Part shown: piece after piece, positions 57,661-64,000 of the stretch
How the letters are laid out: every line of letters begins with the position of its first letter
Numbering within the stretch: position 1 is the stretch's first letter
Source of the DNA: Bugula neritina
Lineage: Eukaryota; Animalia; Bryozoa
Direction: 5' to 3'
Length of the DNA: 64,000 bases
Assembly (NCBI GenBank): GCA_964035545.1
Contig: OZ037765.1
Span: forward strand, 21,637,504 to 21,701,503
Program-made: the position numbers and the translations under genes
Notes under the pieces: generated by a model
Told to the model about the DNA's origin: nothing
Database searches by the model: none
What the model saw: only the letters and a program-made list of their open reading frames with translations

Positions 57661-57890
57661 AGGAAGCAGCCGTGGGCTAGGGGTTAGAGCGTTTGCTTAG
57701 TAAACACAAAGTCATGGATTCGAACCCCTACAAAGGCCATTGATAATGTCAGGAAGAGCATCCAGTCATAGTTGCTCTCGTGCCTCATCTGAATAACTAT
57801 AAGTCCTTAGCCCGATTGAACAAAAAATTCTTTCCATCAGGGGCTTCCTCACAGAGATGGCGACTATAAACTTGACAATCAGCGTTTATA
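57661..57890 (+). mobile_element. tRNA-derived SINE in the CIAPIN1 5'-UTR intron
   Basis: Pol III A-box-like TGGGCTAGGGG (~57673) and B-box-like GGATTCGAACC (~57716) at tRNA spacing, followed by about 150 bp of non-tRNA body. No intact cloverleaf. Confidence 0.75.
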
Positions 57891-60800
57891 ACATTAACTA
57901 TAACTCAAGCTCATATAATTAAACATAAAGTGATAATGATATTAATTATAATGATAATGATAGTATGAGTATCAGCATTCACTACCACTATTACATTTAA
58001 TATAACAATAACTATAAATATAACTGCTAGTAGTATTACTATTACATTTAATTTTACTGTATTAGTATTAGAATAACTAATGGCAATCGGATAGCCAATA
58101 CCATAGGATTAGAAATAACTATAACTATAAGTAATAACACTAAGTTTAACCATTAAGTTTAACATTAACAATGGTCAATAAGTATAACCATAAGTTACGG
58201 GCATAATTCATAAGTATAACTGTATGTGTATGACTATGACTATGAGCTTAAGTTAAAGTTAAACATTATAATATAGATAATATTAGTATTACAAAATTAA
58301 ATATAATTAATATTATCATCATGACAATCAATATCAGTATAAACATAATTACTATCATCAATTAAATTTAATACAAATATTCAATAAACATTAAAGTTTA
58401 TTAGTATTTCTTATTTATATTAAATCTAATATTTATATTAAATCTAATAGTAATTAATAATATCATTTCAATAATAATTATTATACTTAATTTCATCATA
58501 ATATTAATAGGTTATACTATTACTATTAGTAATACTAACACTATTAGTATTAGTATTACTTTACTATTACTATGACTTTAAGTTGAAGTTAAATCTAAAG
58601 GTAATAATATTAATTAATCATTTAATGATAAGCCATAAGCGGGCTAAGCCTAAGGCTAAGGATAAAGTTGAAGTTATCATGATGATAATCATGCTATATA
58701 AACATAAATATTAACTAATAACTTATAAGTTATTGTTAAAGTTTAAGTCATACGTTATATTCATACTTATAGTAATAGTTATAGTATTACTATTAGTATT
58801 AGTATTACTAGTACTAGTAGTAGTAGTACTAGTTATTCAGACTCAGTCAGTGAAATTAAATGAACATTTAAGTAAAAAGTCGACAAAGCTTCAAATTTCA
58901 GTGGTAAGGTAAAATTATTGTTATATAAACTTATACGCAAGTGTAATAAACCTGCTTGTTAGTAACAGGTAACTTGAGTAAGTTTTATTAAAATATTATT
59001 ATGAAATTTTACACATGAGCACTGAGTACTGAACATTAGGTTACAGCTATTAAAATATGAGCTTTTGGATAGGATAGTAGCGATAATTTATAACCAATTA
59101 CCTTTTTGAAAATATTTATTTACACAGCGAATAATGGAACCAGTTTCACCAGTAGTTAGTAAAGGGGGATAACTCTAATCAATGAGACTAAAATATAATA
59201 GTCCGATATACTTTATAAAATAATAATAGATGTAATGCTAATCCAAGGATATCTTTGAACACAGTCAACAATAATAATAATCCTGATTGCACTTCGACGT
59301 GTAAACTTTGAGCAGTAACTATTCAAATATAAACATCAGACATAGGCCTACATTTTGAGTTTGTATTTACTTCAATTTTTTTTGTTTTACTTCGACTTCA
59401 TTGTTCATGGCATCTCCCATGCCCATGGGCCATAGGAATAGCCGCATAGGGCATAATCATACTCATAGTCATAGTGATACTCTGATACAGTGATAGCGAT
59501 ACTCATACTCATACTGATAGGCCATAGGGTCATAACTCATAGGCATAAGCCTAACCCTAAGACATAGACATAGTGATACTATGATATTGACAGTCATAGT
59601 GATGCTCATACTGATACTGTCGATAACTAGCACTCAGTTACTAACACTAACAGTAATACTAATACCTTTAGTTATAAAATTAAATATTACTATTGGCATT
59701 GCTATTACTATTAGTATTAGTATTACTAGTACTGTTGGTATAACTAAAATTATAACTATATAAGTATAAGTACCAGTATAACTAATAGTAATAGTAATAG
59801 TAATAGTAATAATAATAATAGTATATTTATAAATTAAATAATAATATGGATTACAATATGAATGTTTATTATTATATGCAATTGATAATAATTAAGAATA
59901 CCTAAAAATTGGTCTTTATCTTGCATAAGTAGAAGATTTATTATTGATTTTGAATTAAAATTTAAAGTTGTTGCAAACAAACTTCAAGACTCACAGTTTT
60001 ATCAAAGCCATAAGCTGACAGTCACTTAATTTTATTGTAGATAATTATAAACATATGTACTATGTAATTGTTTGATTATGACTTGATTTTATCATTATGA
60101 GCTTGTACACAATTGTAAGTTAAGTTTGACCTTTAGTTTATACTCTGTCGGTTTTCTGTTAGTGGGAAGTAGAGACCATAGCTGGAGCAGAAAGGGTTCT
60201 AGCAGTTGGCAAAGCAAAAGCTTAAGCCCATGATTACCATAAGCATAGGTCCCTTTTTAAGGTAACTGTTATAATTCTTCAGTACTCATATTAAGTAAGG
60301 AATATTAATATGTCTATTAATGTTCCATGCTATTACAGATGAACTAGATGAAGCTGGTGAACTATAGAAAGTTTTAAATTTTAAATATTATAGTTAATTA
60401 TAATTAATACCAGGAGGTGAGAAAAAATTGAAAATGCTAGTTTAACTTTGTCTCTAAAGAAATTGATGTTCTTTAAAGTTCCAAACCACCAGCTTTCAAT
60501 TTTTCTTGAACAAGAAACATGTTTGGAACAGCTTTTTTATGTTTAGAATGGGCAACTGCTAGCATCGAAGCCATTAGTAGATGGTCCAAACTTACTTGAA
60601 CAATAGAAGCTTTAAAAAAATCAACTTTTTCCTACTGCTAGATGAAAGTGTAATAATTGGAGTATTGTGATGACTAATAAAATAAAAAATGTAGAAATTC
60701 GACATATAGCTCTGTTCATGCAAAGATGTAGCCTTTACTCTAACTTTAATTTGTAATGATTGGTTTAGCCCTAAGTTTGGACTATGATGCCATGACGGTT

Positions 60801-61760
60801 TTATTTATATGAGCTAAATACAAATTCAGCTTCACCTACGTCCTACGAGGATATCGCTGTCATTCATCAACAGCATTATATACATATGTTCACAATAATA
60901 ATGGTAATAATTTTAAGCTCATCCATCTGTGTACTGCTAATATCTAATATTGGTTTGTTTATGCAGAAAATTAATTTTTGTGTTATAGATTATTTGTGAA
61001 AAAGAGCTTCAACGTCTGATTTTGAATTTTCAAATAATTTTGATGCTCTGCTTGTCATGTTGCAACATGCATCAACGACTTGTATTGATTAGAATGCTTG
61101 TAGAATCAATGAAATGCACTGCATATTTATTACTACTGCTTCCTATTTCCTATTTGCTAATTAGTAAGTCTTTTATAGTTTAGCTGAATATATTCTAGTT
61201 TTCTGCATCCTATATGTTCAACATGAAGAGTAATATCAATGTTGCTGTAGGCGCGTGTAGTCCTAATCTAATTATTAGGTACTCGACTGTCTTACTTCTA
61301 GTAAAAGCTATCAATATTCTAACTTACGATTTCTATCCACCATTAAAACCGTTGATTGAAAATATTTGAATAAAAGTTTTTGGTGGTGGAGTTTAAATTT
61401 TCTTCCTTTTAATTTGAAAAAAATATTGATAGATTTGTAGATTGCTTGCTAATGTGCACATTTCTACTTTTTAATGATTTAAAACAATCGAAACGTTGGT
61501 TATTTGCCAAATTTATTGAAAAAAATTTCAAATGCTTGTATTGATTAGTTTATATACAGCACATTCATGTCTACAGATTATTAGATTAATACACAGATAC
61601 ACTGTATGGAAAGCATTTATGTTAAAACTTGTTTTAAGAGGTTATTGTATTGTACTCTTTTTATAGATGGCATCTATTACTTGAATTGGTCAAAGCCTGT
61701 GATGAGGAATTTTAAAACGCCAAGAGCTTGGTAAACCATTTAGTTCTCTCCAATTTCATC

Positions 61761-63248
61761 ATGGCTTCTTTAATCAAAGGTCAAATCGTCAAGCACCTTA
61801 GCAAGTAAGTTGCCCGTAGATTGAATGTTCTACGGATATTTTTGCAAAGATACGTTATTATTTAAGAATTTATTGTCTTTCTATAGACTTTTAATAAGCC
61901 CATCTAAATACATGTAGGCATCAAAGTCAGGTTATGTGAAAGCTGGTACTGTTTAGATAAATAACACCTGCAATACACAGTAAATATCTACTTTGTTATT
62001 GACAGTACCTAAAACAGAATAGAAAAAGCCCTAAATGTACATAAATACATGACATAAATAATTCATTTTGCCTCATAATCTTTTAACAACTGTGCGTAAA
62101 GAGATGATGATTTCTCCTAGATTCACTAAAAATCTGTCTCCCGACAAGATTCAAATAAGTACATTAAAAGGAGAGGGGGAGTTGACCAATCTGGAGTTAA
62201 ATGAGGAAGTATTAATGGAGCTCATGGACCTGCCTACATGGCTACGTCTCAAGAAGGCAGTGTGTAACAGAGTCAACATAAAAGTATGAGTATTTCAGCA
62301 ACTATCATTCATTTCATTATTCCAACTTAGTATAAAGTTGCTCAAATGCAATCTACTGTAGAATATAGTGCTGTGTACCAAACTTGATTGTTCTATGCAT
62401 GGTTCATAGTACATCGCCAACTGTGATTCCTGAATGAACTGAAGTTCTACTAATTTATTGTGTGTTCACAGAGGGTTGAAATCATTACTTTTATAAATTA
62501 AAGCCGGTCACTAACCACTATTCATACTTGGTGCAACTTTTCCCTATTTTTGAGGTTCTCCGATATTGAAGTATGCTTACTGCTCATGAAATGTTTTACT
62601 TATTGCAGATTCAATGGAGCAAGTTGAAGTCTCAACCTATTCAATTGGTATGTCTTGAGAAACCTTTAAGCTCTGTTATTGTTGTTTTTTCTCTGTGTTT
62701 TGCCTGTTGAAATGACATTTGAAACTTTGTATTCATACTTTAAGCTGTTAAAATCGCAATCTTGCAGTTCCTTGATGAAATAGATATCTCCATGGAGATG
62801 TGCGATGACCTGAGACAGTCAGATAATGCCTCTGGATTACCCAGTTACAGGTCTGTCAATGAACTTGGGATAGTCTATTTTCTAACTGATTTGATATCTA
62901 TTTTGGCATGTTTCGCATAAAAACTTCTTTGATTAATTCACTTGCTAGAAATGCTAGAAAATTACATTCACTTCTTGGCTACTTGTACCTTAAACTTCAA
63001 AAACAAATGCATTTATTTTCTGGCCTCTATTGACTTAATCACTCAAAGTAACATTTAGATTAAAAAAACTGTTTAATTTAAATGTTGAATTTCAATTTAA
63101 AAAGCTGATTAATGTGTGTATGATCTGTTGCTAACGTAGCTCTGGGGGCCGTTATGGGTTCGGAGATCGAGTCGTTGATGGTATGTCCCTACAAATAAAC
63201 ACAGTAAATATTAGCTTCACCTCTAAAGCCTTTCAAGCGTCTCTCAAT
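61761..63248 (+). CDS. BLTP3: Bridge-like lipid transfer protein 3 (UHRF1BP1/UHRF1BP1L-like), first 5 coding exons; continues beyond the window
   Basis: Exons 61761-61804, 62121-62283, 62609-62647, 62768-62850, 63140-63248 give MASLIKGQIVKHLSKFTKNLSPDKIQISTLKGEGELTNLEL...DLPTWL...IQWSKLKSQPI...YGFGDRVVDGM (chorein-N type start). Confidence 0.92.
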
Positions 63249-64000
63249 GTAAGTATGCTATGCTAACCTCAACGCCAACTTTTCTATTCTACACGCATAT
63301 CTACCTTGTGTTGTTACCGTTCACTTTTTCACACAGTTCAACAGCATATAGCTATAGATATTTTTAGATCTGCTGGTATATCCGCATTCATGTAGGACAC
63401 TGGATCTACTTCATATAATTATTTTCTAAGCTTTATTCTTTTGCATTGTTTTTAAATGGTTTGAACTGATGCTGCTCATACATGTTTGAAATGTATCAAT
63501 ATATATATATTGTAAACAGCTGCATACATGTTTTGTTTAACTGATGCAACCTGCTATACATACTGGTATGGTTACCACTTCTATTATTATTTGGTGGTTT
63601 TATAGCCAAGCCATACTAGAGTACTTATCCTTCTCTTTCTAGAGCTAATAGAATGTTGTGCATATTATATGAGTCGCATATAAAACTGAGAGAATAGAAA
63701 AGCGATTATTTTCACGGCTGTATACTAGTTTTACTGAAGCAACATTAGTGTACCGGTGATTAGGTGTAGTTCATGGCATTACCAACATGAAATTTAAACT
63801 CTCTAGCTTTGGTGTGCTTGTCAGTTTTACATTTACAGTTACTGTTTCTTAGTTATTATATAAAACTGATATTCTTTTGTGAAATTAAGAAAGGTGTTTC
63901 ATTCATGAGAAATTAATTTCCCTGTGAAATTAAAGATCCAGGATGAATTATAACCTTTTGCCTTTGTGTACAATTTTCATTCTGCATACATGTTACTGTA

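Noticed and set aside
57661-57740. tRNA gene
   Set aside because: A/B boxes are degenerate, stems do not close into a cloverleaf, and it continues into a SINE-like body.
59551-59560. CTAACCCTAA as a telomerase template or interstitial telomere
   Set aside because: Single occurrence inside a drifting-hexamer tract, where it is expected by chance.

Overview
AT-rich, intron-rich animal (invertebrate-like) genomic DNA; I cannot name the species. There are six host genes: Piezo (-, about 24 kb, last exon beyond the window start), EXOSC5/Rrp46 (-), DDX5/DDX17-type p68 helicase (+), SLC25A19-like thiamine-pyrophosphate carrier (+), CIAPIN1/anamorsin (-), and the 5' part of BLTP3/UHRF1BP1-like (+). 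Two intergenic gaps hold nested DNA transposons whose ends and target-site duplications (TSDs) can be read exactly. (i) A 4.1-kb hAT-like foldback with a near-pure AT core carries a second hAT-like element (26457-30556). (ii) An 8.5-kb Academ (AcademX-type, XPG nuclease) element (38972-47471) appears to have lost its transposase core in frame, and its Cys-rich tail is split by an ISL2EU/Harbinger-type element with ~1.07-kb inverted arms. Also present: a solo LTR, a tRNA-derived SINE, a LINE 3' fragment and several satellites. The most unusual signals are (a) 'drifting hexamer' tracts found at the 5' end or first intron of every host gene, and (b) a densely base-paired cassette with competing helices over alternative splice sites in the conserved autoregulatory intron of DDX5. 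All exon and pairing calls were made by eye; no database search or folding program was run.
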